Positions 10,664 to 22,490 of a DNA stretch of 33,372 nt are shown one piece after another. Numbering within the stretch: position 1 is the stretch's first letter; every line of letters starts with the position of its first letter. The position numbers were made by a program, and so were the translations under genes. The DNA is from Octopus sinensis (taxonomy: Eukaryota): NCBI RefSeq assembly GCF_006345805.1, contig NW_021832030.1:1-33372 (forward strand), given 5' to 3'. The notes below the pieces were generated by a model that saw only the letters and a list, made by a program, of their open reading frames with translations, searched no databases and was not told the origin of the DNA.

Positions 10664-10670
10664 TATGTGT

Positions 10671-10722
<52 letters not shown>

Positions 10723-10885
10723 GAAGTTAATCCAAACATGAAAACACAACAACGCGAGGACGTGGAACAAATATAGTATTATTGGACGCTCAGGAAGGAA
10801 GGGAAGAAGGAAGGTTTTACGTTTCGAGCGGAGCTCGTCGTCAGAAATATAGGTAAAGGAAAGATTCAGAGAAGGGAAGATGGAG
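10723..10885 (-). mobile_element. Short Penelope-like terminal-repeat-derived element carrying a minimal hammerhead motif
   Basis: Between TA/CA microsatellites. Contains the hammerhead core listed separately. Similar layout to 394-545. Confidence 0.55.
10815..10847 (-). ncRNA. Minimal type I hammerhead ribozyme-like motif
   Basis: Minus strand: UUU-CUGACGA-C-GAGC-UCC-GCUC-GAAA-C-G-U-A-AAA. All conserved core residues are present, with one extra nt after A9, a palindromic ACGU stem III and a 3-bp stem I. Confidence 0.55.
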
Positions 10886-11010
10886 TACGCACATACGCAT
10901 ATATGTAGTATTATATATATGCACATATACTTATATACATATGTGTATTTATATATATATGCATATATATATATTTATGAATGTATATATGTGAATACAT
11001 ACATACACAC

Positions 11011-11056
<46 letters not shown>

Positions 11057-11083
11057 ATATATATATATATATATAATAAAAAG

Positions 11084-11136
11084 GGTAAATAATTTTTCGT
11101 GGTTTTTTAGACAACCAACAATTATTTACCGGTAAA
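11084..11136. repeat. Small hairpin/palindrome
   Basis: ggtaaataatt (11084-11094) pairs with aattatttacc (11120-11130). Overlapping palindrome tttaccggtaaa. Confidence 0.6.
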
Positions 11137-11223
11137 TTTCGGTATGTAAATATGAATTTTAGCGTCTGGAACTTCTGTATAGTTCAGTATATATAGTAGT
11201 ATATAATTAAAAGGGCAGGCAAC

Positions 11224-11525
11224 AGGTTGCTCTGCCGCATACCGAAAGAATTAGAAATGGCAGTCAGAGACTGTTTATTTCCATTTTCTACAAGTGGAGG
11301 CTCCATATACTTACCGTTAATGGCGAACATGTTTCTAGATCGCCTACGATCTAGAATTAAGTTCACCATTAACGGTAAGAAATTGTTTTCATTTATTTAC
11401 TACTCCGATTTTGCGTATGTGAATCGCAGGGTTGTGTCGTATATAGAGCCTCCACTTGTAGAAAATGGAAATAAACAGTCTCTGACTGCCATTTCTAATT
11501 CTTTCGGTATGCGGCAGAGCAACCT
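11224..11525. mobile_element. MITE-like foldback element with ~87-bp TIRs and an internal hairpin
   Basis: 11224-11310 is the reverse complement of 11439-11525 with one mismatch. Internal 70-nt hairpin at 11310-11379. Confidence 0.85.
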
Positions 11526-11689
11526 TAATTATATATATATATATATATATATAATCACTCGCATAAACATATGTGACAGTAGATCGCCCAGTTCGCAGCT
11601 CGCAACGTTGATTAATAACGGAGGGGTGGTTATGGTTCTTGGTGGTAAACGACTCAATTGTCCGTAACTATTGTCTATACACAATTACT

Positions 11690-11830
11690 GCTGGTGCCGC
11701 TGCTGCTGATGGGGATGATGATGAACGGACTAATTATAACGTTGACGACGACGACGATGACGACGACGACGATGTTGACGCTGCTGCTGCTGCTACTGAT
11801 GATGATGACGATGATAATGATGAATTTGAC
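11690..11830. repeat. GCT/GAC/GAT trinucleotide tract
   Basis: Read directly. Confidence 0.85.
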
Positions 11831-11899
11831 GATATGATTATTGAAGTTATCGGTCGTCTTTATTCGTGCTTCACTGGTTTTACGACTGAGATATGTGAA

Positions 11900-11935
<36 letters not shown>

Positions 11936-12219
11936 TCACTAGTCTACCTCGAAACGTATAATACACGATAGAACAAATGAAATTAATACTGATTAAAGAA
12001 TTGTGCAAGATAGCTACCGACCATCAGTTCTGATGAAAATGGCGCACGTCGCTTTCTTCTCCAACGACACACGCCTTAGTTTTCGACTCAGTACGACAGT
12101 ATAACCGTTCGTAGTGTAACTTGTACACACACAGACACACTCAAACACATATACACACACGCACATACTCACACACATCCACAAATAGCCGCAAATATGC
12201 ATATATATGTATGTACGGG

Positions 12220-12221
<2 letters not shown>

Positions 12222-12292
<71 letters not shown>

Positions 12293-12345
12293 CTCTCTCT
12301 CTCCTCTCTCACTCTCTCTCTCTCTATATATATAATATATGTGTG

Positions 12346-12375
<30 letters not shown>
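12222..12375. repeat. Compound (TATC)n-(TC)n-(TA)n-(TG)n microsatellite
   Basis: Read directly. Confidence 0.9.
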
Positions 12376-12376
<1 letters not shown>

Positions 12377-12379
12377 ACT

Positions 12380-12547
12380 CATGTTGGTGCGTTTACGTCC
12401 AAGTAACGTAGCAGCTCGGCAAAAGTGATCAATAGAATAAGTACTATACTTACAAAGAATAAGTCCTGTGGGTCGACTTCTTCGACTAAAACCCTCTAAA
12501 GCGGTTCTCCAGCATGGCTGCAGTCAAATGACTGAAACAAGTAAAAG

Positions 12548-12549
<2 letters not shown>
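12380..12549 (+). mobile_element. SINE family C, 3' module
   Basis: gtaacgtagcagctcggcaaaagtgatcaatagaataagtac..ctccagcatggctgcagtcaaatgactgaaacaagtaaaag. Reverse complement of the end recurs at 28738-28785. Confidence 0.8.
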
Positions 12550-12599
<50 letters not shown>

Positions 12600-12780
12600 T
12601 CCTATTGGTAAAATCCTAAATTTGTAATAATATCATATATTATATATATAATATATATAATATGTTCTATATACATATTATATATAGTATGTAGACAGGG
12701 TTATAATCTGAGCTGTATCTTTATGAAGCACACCTGCATATTCCAGTATTCCAAAGTATATTTGTAGATCTTATAAAGCC

Positions 12781-13295
12781 GGACTACAAGAAATGATAAA
12801 TAGATTCGAGATGATATCAAATATGGCTGGTCTTTATCTGAACCATAAGAAAACTAAAGTCATATTATTAGTAAGAGAGAAAGGAAATGTTAAAATCAGA
12901 TTGGTGAGTAAGAGGCTTAAACATGTTGAATTGTATAAGTGTGTTGGAGTGGAAACCTCTGATGAAGCCTTATGTAATAAAATAAAAAAAAGGTCATGGC
13001 TAGACATGGCAAGAACATCCATGGAAAAGCGTAAAGGCATCGGAACCAGCAAAGGAGTCCCAACTAAGTTAAAATCAAGGCTAGCCTGAGCGCTCATTTG
13101 ACCAATAAGTATTTATGATTGCAAAACAGGGACCCTGAACAAGTTTGATGAGGATATAATCAACGCGTTTGAAATGTGGGTGTACAGGAGAATGTTACGA
13201 GTCTCTTAAAGAATCATCGGGCAAATGAATGGGTATTTATAGCAAGTAGGTGAAAGACGACAACTCCTGAAAGTTGTGGACAAACAAAAGCTCAT
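12781..13295 (+). mobile_element. RTE-clade LINE ORF2 relic (end of RT domain and thumb region)
   Basis: GLQEMINR..AGLYLNHKKTKV..MARTSMEK..KLKSRLA*AL...TLNKFDEDIINAFEMWVYRRMLRVS..HRANEWV. The NAFEMWxYRRMLRxSW motif is characteristic of RTE elements. Contains stops and frameshifts. Confidence 0.85.
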
Positions 13296-13710
13296 TTTGA
13301 AGTATATTTGCCACTTAAATGTGGCTAACCCTTAAGGGTGGATGCTACTTTGGCTTGTAGCCCCAAGAGGACACCTCCTCCAGCTGGCTATTGATGCACT
13401 TTCTGTGCCCTATGAGTATTTGTAAAGGGAAGCCATCCTTTCCATCTTCAACCTGTATGATACACAGAGATATCTCGCTCGGAGATTTATAAAAGCTCAT
13501 TTGCAAAATAACAATAATGAAATGGTATAATGGTTTTTGGACAATTAACGATTGAAAACTCTACCACTTAGTCAATGGTTGTTAGCGTTAGCAATTTAAA
13601 AACATTACAACTTTTATTTTCACGAATTTGAAAAGTTTAGAAATTTTGAAAGCAGAATGCCGAAGAGATCTCCACAGTTGTTCGAGCGAACCACTTGGAA
13701 ATCTCCATTT

Positions 13711-13719
13711 TGGATGACA

Positions 13720-13781
<62 letters not shown>

Positions 13782-13782
13782 A
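13711..13782. repeat. (CA)n microsatellite
   Basis: Read directly. Confidence 0.95.
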
Positions 13783-13786
13783 CTCG

Positions 13787-14200
13787 CACGACAGTCTCCT
13801 ACACGTGACTCCTAAAGCGGCGAGCTGGCAGAATCGTTAGCACGCCGGGCGAAATGCTTTCCGGTATTTCGTCTGGCGCTACGTTCTGAGTTCAAATCCC
13901 ACCGAGGTCGACTTTGCTTTTCCTCCTTTAGGGGTCGATTAAATAAGTACCAGTAACGCACTGGGGGTCGATATAATCGATTTAATCACTTTGTCTGTTC
14001 TTGTTTGTCCCCTCTGTGTTTAGCCCCTTGTGGGTAGTAAAGGAATAAAACAGCCTCCTACACGTGCAGTTTCCACCTAACATCATTTACTCAGAAAGAA
14101 GGAATTTACCTGGAGGGGGGGGGCACAATGGAAGAGACACTTCCAAGGTGCTGTGCGGTGGGACTGAACCCAACACCACGTGAACACGAGACGAACTTTA
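13787..14200 (-). mobile_element. Old SINE (family C head) interrupted by a family A insertion
   Basis: cagtttccacctaac..tttactca..gaagagacacttccaaggtgctgtgcggtgggactgaacccaacaccacgtg is the reverse complement of a tRNA-like SINE head, degenerate. Confidence 0.6.
13817..14048 (+). mobile_element. tRNA-derived SINE, family A, full length, with apparent 17-bp TSD
   Basis: gcggcgagctggcagaatcgttagcacgccgggcgaaatgc..gttcaaatccc..gtgggtagtaaaggaata. Flanked by acagtctcctacacgtg (13791-13807) and acagcctcctacacgtg (14050-14066). Confidence 0.92.
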
Positions 14201-14509
14201 TATGTCTAATATCCATATAATTCCAGCAATTTCTTTGACCCTCAATACAAAAACGGAAATAAAAACAGTGGGGTTTTTTTTTCTTGTTGGTGTAATTATT
14301 GTGATTGTATGTGTCGGGAATTCTATGTTTTATGATGAATGTCAAGACACACCCACACGCCGAACCTTCCCCTCATCATCATACCTTAGCGACATCTAGT
14401 GACTTGATTTGATAATTACACGCGGTTTCATTGTCCATTTTAGTATCCATGAAATCAAACCAGCAATATCAAAAGACGAAAGGGGTGGGGTGGGGTTAAG
14501 GAAGGAAGC

Positions 14510-14717
14510 GTTGGTAGTAGTAGTAGGAGTAGTGATGGTAGTGGTGGTGGTGGCGGTGGTAGTACTTTTTAGTAGAATGCGAAGAGAAATGAATACAAGT
14601 AGTTGTGGTGGTAGTGGTGGTAGTAGCATTAGTAGTAGTAGAGTAGTAGTAGTAGTAATTGTTGTAAAGCGATAATAAGAGCAATATAAAAGTAGTAGTT
14701 GTAATTGTAGTAGTGGC

Positions 14718-14764
<47 letters not shown>

Positions 14765-14781
14765 GCATCAGCAGCATAATA

Positions 14782-14839
<58 letters not shown>

Positions 14840-14976
14840 TAATAATAATAATTGCAAGAGCCAGTAATAATAATGACTTCAATACAATATGAACAAAAAC
14901 AAGAACAATAACAAAAGGAATTGTAAAGATGATGATGACGACGATGATGATAATGATGTTGGTTATAATGATGAAG

Positions 14977-15032
<56 letters not shown>

Positions 15033-15203
15033 GATTATAATGATGGTGAAGATGACGGTGATGATGGTGATGATGATAATGATGATGACGACGATGTTGA
15101 TGATGATGACGTGGTGGTGATGCTGATGATTGTAATGATTGTAAAATCCGTAATAATAATAATAATAATAATGATGATGATGTTGATGATGATGATGATG
15201 ATG

Positions 15204-15243
<40 letters not shown>

Positions 15244-15336
15244 TAATGCTAATGATAATGATAATAATGATAATGATAATGGTGATGATTTTAATAGGAT
15301 AAAACGAGAACGGCAGCAACAACAAAAATTGTCAAC

Positions 15337-15384
<48 letters not shown>

Positions 15385-15580
15385 GTGATTGCAAAAGATC
15401 CGTTATAGTAATGATGATTTGAATACAATAACGACGAGACCAGCAACAACAATAGTAACAACAGCAAGAACTGTGAAGAGGATGAAGACGATGATGATGA
15501 TGATGATGATGATGAGGATGATGACTAAAATGATGATAAACATAATAATGATGATAGCGATGACGACGACAACGACGATA

Positions 15581-15628
<48 letters not shown>

Positions 15629-15729
15629 CTGATGATGATGGTGACGATAATGACGATGATGATGACGATGATGATGATGATGACGATGACGATGATGATG
15701 ATGATGATGATGACTATGATGATGATGAC

Positions 15730-15770
<41 letters not shown>

Positions 15771-15855
15771 CGATGATGATGATGATGATGATGACGATGA
15801 TGGCTATGATGATGATGACGATGATGATGATGATGATGATGACGATGATGATGAC

Positions 15856-15890
<35 letters not shown>

Positions 15891-15927
15891 CGATGATGAT
15901 GATGATGATGATGACGATGATGATGAC

Positions 15928-15971
<44 letters not shown>

Positions 15972-16030
15972 CGATGATGATGAAGGTGATGGTGATGATG
16001 ATTAGCAATAGTAATAATATTAATAATGGT
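14510..16030. repeat. 1.5-kb compound trinucleotide array: GTA/GTG, CAT, AAT, then long GAT/GAC (15488-15985)
   Basis: Read directly. Source of the poly-Met, poly-Asp, poly-His and poly-Ile ORFs. Confidence 0.95.
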
Positions 16031-16214
16031 TTTTCGGTAATAAACAGCCGACATTGAACAGCCGACTTTCAGCCATAAAAAGCGGAAGTCTTCAAGAACG
16101 TCACCGACCAAATCCAAAAACAGAAACAAACAAAAAACAAAACAAAAAACAAGAAACAAATGAAATATAAACAACGATAAAAATAACAACAGCCAAAGAT
16201 AGTAAACAAAGAAG

Positions 16215-16512
16215 ACGAGGACACGAGGAAGAAAGAGAAAGAGAAAGAGAGAGAGAGAGAGAGACAAAGAGAGAGAGAGGGAAATTAGAAGAGATTCTCT
16301 TTCCCGTTTTCTATTCTACAATATTATACTCTTTCCCAACTCCCTCTTTTCTCTCTGTCTTTCATTTTATTTCTCTTAGTCCTTGTCTGTCTGTCAGTCT
16401 TTGTCTCTCTCTCTGTTTCTCTCTCTCTTTGTTTCTCTCTGTCTCTCTCTCTCTATTGCTATCTCCCTCTCTATCTCTACCCCTCCTCTCTCTCTCTCTT
16501 TCTCTCTCTCTC

Positions 16513-16556
<44 letters not shown>
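16215..16556. repeat. (GA)n then (CT)n tracts
   Basis: Read directly. Confidence 0.9.
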
Positions 16557-16562
<6 letters not shown>

Positions 16563-17039
16563 CATTTTCTGTTCAAAAATGTGTTTTGGCTTTGTTCTTG
16601 TTGAGAGGAACAGCAATTTCACTGTGGATATGTTGTATAATCTATGTATATATATATATATATATATATTGAATGTATACATCTATTTATGCATGTATGT
16701 ACATATGTATATATGAATGTATGTATGTACTTACGTATCTATATACATGTGTACGTGTATTTTATGTGCGAATGTGTCATTGTATGTGTATATATATATA
16801 TGTGTATTTTTGCATGTAAACATGTATCTTTGTAATAATGATGTATGTATGTCTATGTTGTGTGTGTGAAAATGTATGTAGGAATGTATGCATGTATCTG
16901 TGAGTGTAAGTTTGAATTTACACGCAAACACACACACACACACAACAGAACTTTTCAATGTAGCTTTGAAAGTATGAATGCATGTATGAGCGGATGGATC
17001 GTTACACAGATGGATCTACGTAAGCCTGAATTTTGTGTG

Positions 17040-17198
17040 TATATATGTATGTATGTATGTATGTATGTACGTATGTATGTATGTATGTATGTAGTATGTA
17101 TGCATGCCTGCATGCATGCATGCATGTATGTATGTATGATGTATGTATGTATGTATGTATGTATTATGTATCTATGTATGTATGTATGTATGTAGTTG

Positions 17199-17230
<32 letters not shown>

Positions 17231-17631
17231 TGTATGCTATGTTGTATGTATGTATGTATGTATATGTATGTATGTATGTAATGCATGCATGCATGTATGT
17301 ATGTATGTATGTATGTATGTACTATGTATGCATGTATGTGTGTATCATGTATGTATGTATGTAGTATGTATGCATGCATGCATGTATGTCTGTATGTATG
17401 TATGTATGTATGTATGTATGTATGTATGTGTGCATGTATGTATGCATGTATGTATGTATGTATGTATGTATGCATGTGTGTATGTATGCATGTATGTAGT
17501 GTATGTATGTTGTATGTGTGTATGTATGTAGTATGTATGTATGTTGTATGTGATGTATGCATGCATGTATGTATGTATGTATGTATGTATGTTATATATG
17601 TATGTATGTATGTTGTATGTACTATGTATAA

Positions 17632-17667
<36 letters not shown>

Positions 17668-17669
17668 TG
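17040..17669. repeat. Degenerate (TATG)n array, ~630 bp
   Basis: TATG with CATG/TGTG variants. Confidence 0.95.
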
Positions 17670-18072
17670 TTATTCAGTTTTATTTCAAGATTTCTTGCCA
17701 ATAGAGAAAGAGTCGGCTTCTAATCTAGATCTAAAGCTCCTTCATTGGAATTTCAACAACAAGTTATTTTTGTATGTATGTATGTATGTATGTATGTGTG
17801 CAGATTTGTATGTTTTGTTTTATGTATGTATTCTCAAGCATATAGTCGCATATCTAGACATGCTCATATATACTTAGACGATAGCCTGCTGGAAAGTTTG
17901 GCAGGTTTTTACAATTCAAGTGATGGCTTGGGCCTGTAGACTTCGAATCAGCTTTCTCCTTTCTGGTTTTGAGAAGCTAATTTCTCAAGATTGGTATTTA
18001 GGCAGTGTGTTACATATCCCAGGGCCCCAATGATTACAGGTATGAATTTGAATGTGTATCTGGATAGAGGAG

Positions 18073-18076
<4 letters not shown>
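17670..18076 (-). mobile_element. R4/Dong-like non-LTR retrotransposon, 5'-truncated 3' end
   Basis: Minus translation across frameshifts: QLLYPD/TFKFIPVIIGALGYVTHCLNTNLEKL/FSKPERRKLIRSLQAQAIT*IVKTCQTFQQAIV* (stop at 17874-17876). IPxIIGALG..L..LG is the C-terminal motif of the restriction-like endonuclease region of R4-clade ORFs. The 3' UTR runs into (CATA)n. Confidence 0.75.
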
Positions 18077-18130
<54 letters not shown>

Positions 18131-18132
18131 AT

Positions 18133-18391
18133 ATAACTTATTAAATAAAGGCAAAAGAAAAATTCTAATTCCAAATATGCCGAAAAAAAGACAACATTGT
18201 CAATAAGCATTATAATTTATGCGTCTCGAAACAAGCCGATAGAAATTTCTAAAATATCCGTTATTACCGTATTGGTCCCAATTTCGGGGTTGTTTCGAGA
18301 CGCATGAATTATAATGGTTATTGACAATTTTGTCTTTTTTTCGGCATATTTGGCATTAGAATTTTCCTTTTGCCCTTATTTTATAAGTTAT
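18133..18391. mobile_element. Foldback/MITE-like element, ~107-bp imperfect arms
   Basis: 18133-18239 pairs with 18284-18391 (e.g. ccaaatatgccgaaaaaaagacaa / ttgtctttttttcggcatatttgg). Further palindromes follow, e.g. 18437-18467. Confidence 0.8.
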
Positions 18392-18477
18392 TTATAAATT
18401 TAACCTTTAAAGGTATTTTTTGATATGCTGGCCATTGATAAAATTTTTTTTCGAAAAAAATTTTATCCTACATTAGT

Positions 18478-18533
<56 letters not shown>

Positions 18534-19109
18534 CATTTATAACTGTTTAAAAACACGCTTATATTGTAGTGACAAGGTTCATAGCTGTGCCATAAGCGAG
18601 AGCAAGCTAGAACACTGGACTACTTCTGTCAAAGAAACAATGGAGGCTCACTGTTGACATTTCCATTAGAATGAAGCTGTGAAGTCCAGTATTCCAGTTC
18701 TCCTTCGTACATTGGACAGTTATCTCCCCTGCCAGTATAGGGAAAGGGCTTTTGCGCAGCTATAAGTGGTTTAACTCTTATTTCTACCAATATATGTGTT
18801 TCTAGCACAAACAGTCATAATTAGTGAAGACTAAATTTGCCTATATTGAGCCCAGCTACCCACATTGATTTTACACAATGGATATATATATATAGATGTG
18901 TATGTATAAATATATATAAATACATACAGATAAACATACATATATATATTCGTAGAATATTCAATGTATTATATAGAATTCCACTTCAATGCACAAATTT
19001 ATATATGGTACATATGTGTGTGTGTGTGTGTGTTTGCACACATTCTAATAACATTTCTATATATATAACTATGTAACTACCATTGCATTCACGCACACAC
19101 ACACACACA

Positions 19110-19148
<39 letters not shown>

Positions 19149-19269
19149 AAGGGCAATTCAAACAAGACTGTCTTCATTATAACTCCTACACAGATATTTT
19201 TATCACCGACCCTTCACACCAAACCAACTATTCATAGATACATACCTGCCATCTTCAAAACCCGTAGAC

Positions 19270-19279
19270 ACAAAACCTA

Positions 19280-19367
<88 letters not shown>

Positions 19368-19625
19368 AGTATTATATATATATATATACATGCATTGTAT
19401 ATGTTATATTCATAAGAAATATTAATCAATCAGTGAATCATATAAGAAAAAATCCGGAAAGATTACTAAAATAGCAAGATTTGTTAAGATATGTGAGATA
19501 GATTTGATTAAAACGTAGAGAAAAGCACAAACCATACATGATCACACCATACACACACACATACCGAGGTAGGTATACAACTCCATATATATATATGTAT
19601 ATATATGTGTGTGTGTGTGTGGTTG

Positions 19626-19696
<71 letters not shown>

Positions 19697-19960
19697 ATAT
19701 ATATAATAAATGAATATATATGTATATGCACACACATATGTATATACATATATGCATATACTTATAACATATTAATATATATGTATATACACATATGTGT
19801 GTGTATGCATATGTATATATGCGTCTATATATATATACTGATATAAATTTATGTACAACAAATATATAAACGTATATATATGTGTATATATATATTTATA
19901 TACACACATACATATATACATATGTATATATATATGTATATACATACATATTAAGCGTGG
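19270..19960. repeat. TA/TG-rich microsatellite mosaic
   Basis: Read directly. Confidence 0.85.
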
Positions 19961-20054
19961 GGGCTAGACAGTATACACGCATCTTAACTGATGCAAGTGC
20001 AACAGTGCAGTAACAATATATATATATATACGGGGGATGCAACAACTGCAGCAA

Positions 20055-20200
20055 TAGCAACACCACCACCACCACCACCACCACCACCACCGACACCACC
20101 ACCGACACCACCACCACGACCACGACCACCACCACGACCACCACCACCACCACCACCCCGACACCACCACCGACACCACCACCACGACCACCACCGTCAC
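20055..20200. repeat. (CAC/CCA)n with CGA variants
   Basis: Read directly. Source of the poly-Pro, poly-Val and poly-Trp ORFs. Confidence 0.9.
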
Positions 20201-20504
20201 TACCAGCGGCAGCAGCAGGTTGCCGTTGTCAAGCTGCAGCAACCCAACACTGTTTATCGTCCCGTGAAAATCAAAATTATATGGGGGGGGGGGGAACCCA
20301 GCAACGTGCCGTCATCTGCGAAACAAATATCTATCGGGTCTCCAACAGACGGAGCTAGCATCGGCGGCGGCAGCTAAAGCAGGGGCGGCGGTACCACCAG
20401 CACCACCACTATCGTGACCACCACAACCACCATCACAGTGCCATCTCGATTAGTGCCGCCGCCACCCCCACCAATATAGCACCGACTACAATCGCCCACA
20501 CCAA

Positions 20505-20870
20505 GAAATCATCATCATCACCATCATCATCCTCACCATCCTCATCATCGTCGTCGTCATCATCAATCATCATCATCATCATCGTCATCATCATCATCAT
20601 CGTTGTCATCGTCGTTGTCATCATCATCGTCATCGTCGTCGTCATCGTCGTCGTCATCATCGTCGTCATCATCGTTGTCATCATCATCATCATCATCATC
20701 GTCGTCGTCATCGTCGTCGTCGTCATCGTCGTCATCATCATCATCGTTGTCATCATCATCATCGTCATCGTCATCGTTGTCGTCATCATCATCGTCGTCG
20801 TCATCATCATCATCATGAACGTCATTACCACCATCACCACCACCACCACCACCACCACCACCACCACCAT
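20505..20870. repeat. (CAT/CGT)n then (CAC)n tract
   Basis: Read directly. Confidence 0.9.
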
Positions 20871-21326
20871 CGTCACAACATCCTTTATGTTGTCGCTCGA
20901 CCTTATGGAGATAATAGCCAAACCACCTTCAAAATATGACAAAATATGACGAAAACGTATCCACGTCGGATGAGCTCTCAGAACAGAAAAAAAAAAGACG
21001 GAGTAGTCATGGCTGGAATACTTTTGATGTATAGGTCTGCATGATCAGGGTTCAGCTGGGGCTAAATGACAACAGCAACATCCCTCCCCCCACCATCACC
21101 GTCACCATCAAGAACTTATAGGTGTACACGCACAGACACACATACTTGCATGCATACTGGTCTACGCGTACACACACACACCTACATACACACGCATACA
21201 CTAATGTACATGTATACATGCATACAAACGCATACAAAAATGCAGGACTACAAGGATACACACACACACACACACACACTCACACACAAACACGCACACA
21301 CAAAGCATACACATACGCACACCACA

Positions 21327-21555
21327 CACACACACACAAAGAAACTCACACACACACAAAGAAACTCACACACACACAAAGAAACTCACACACACACAAA
21401 GAAACTCACACACACACAAAGAAACTCACACACACAAAGAAACTCACACACACACAAAGAAACTCACACACACACAAAGAAACTCACACACACACAAAGA
21501 AACTCACACACACACAAAGAAACTCACACACACACAAAGAAACTCACACACACAC
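21327..21555 (+). repeat. 20-bp minisatellite (gaaactcacacacacacaaa), 11 copies
   Basis: aaagaaact recurs at 21338, 21358, 21378, 21398, 21418, 21436, 21456, 21476, 21496, 21516 and 21536. One unit is 18 bp. Confidence 0.95.
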
Positions 21556-21734
21556 GACATCAAAATATCTCCTCTCACTCCCATCTCTTTAATTACCCCT
21601 ACACCCAGACTCTCTCTCTCTCTCTCTCTCCTATGGCCCCGACTTCTTCTCTCCCTGTTTGTCTCGGTCTCAATTCAGATCTACGTGGCGGAAGATCTAA
21701 TCACACAGATTGCATATTATTATTATTCAATTAT

Positions 21735-21737
21735 TAA

Positions 21738-21774
<37 letters not shown>

Positions 21775-21878
21775 CTTCTTCTTCTTCTTCTTCTTCTTCT
21801 TCTTCCCCCTCCTCCTCTTCCTCTTGTTGTTCTGGTTGTTGTTGTTGCTGTTGCTATTCTTCTTCTTCTTCTTCTTCT

Positions 21879-21909
<31 letters not shown>

Positions 21910-21980
21910 TTCTTCTTCTTCTCTTCTTAATTATTATTATTATTATTAATATCATTATTATTATTGTTATTATTATTATT

Positions 21981-22046
<66 letters not shown>

Positions 22047-22172
22047 ATTATTATTTTATTATTATTATTATTATCATCATTAAATTATTATATTAATTAT
22101 TATTATTATTCATATTATTATTATCATTGTTATTATCATTATTATTATTATTATTATTACTATTAATTATTA

Positions 22173-22204
<32 letters not shown>

Positions 22205-22247
22205 ATCATTATTATTATTATTATTATTTTTTTTTAACTATTATTAC

Positions 22248-22295
<48 letters not shown>

Positions 22296-22320
22296 TGTAG
22301 TTGTTGCTGTTGTTCGGTTA

Positions 22321-22352
<32 letters not shown>

Positions 22353-22490
22353 GTCATTATTAATATTGTTATTATTGTTGTTGTTGTTTTGTTACTGTTG
22401 TTGATGATTTTGTGCTTGAGTCGAAGATTAAAAATTGTCTTGTCGCTATTGTCATTGCTGTTATTGTCGTTGTTGTTGTTGTTGTTTGTT
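21735..22490. repeat. Compound GTT/CTT/ATT/CAT trinucleotide array
   Basis: Read directly. Confidence 0.9.

Noticed and set aside
11227-11667. 146-aa ORF with non-repetitive-looking sequence
   Set aside because: Runs through the foldback element (the same peptide appears on the minus strand) and into (TA)n. No recognisable domain.
11945-11965. ctcgaaacgta hammerhead half-motif
   Set aside because: The upstream CUGANGA half is absent, with (TA)n in its place; too short to support.
14889-16267. Long poly-Asp, poly-Met, poly-His and poly-Ile ORFs (up to 311 aa)
   Set aside because: Trinucleotide arrays lacking stops in some frames. The same applies to all YI/HT/VC/MYVC-type ORFs in the track.
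18530-18890. Unique-looking segment between TA runs, possibly a TE coding relic
   Set aside because: The frames I translated gave no motif I recognise; needs BLASTX.
21327-21555. CRISPR-like periodicity
   Set aside because: No unique spacers, no cas genes, eukaryotic context. It is a minisatellite.
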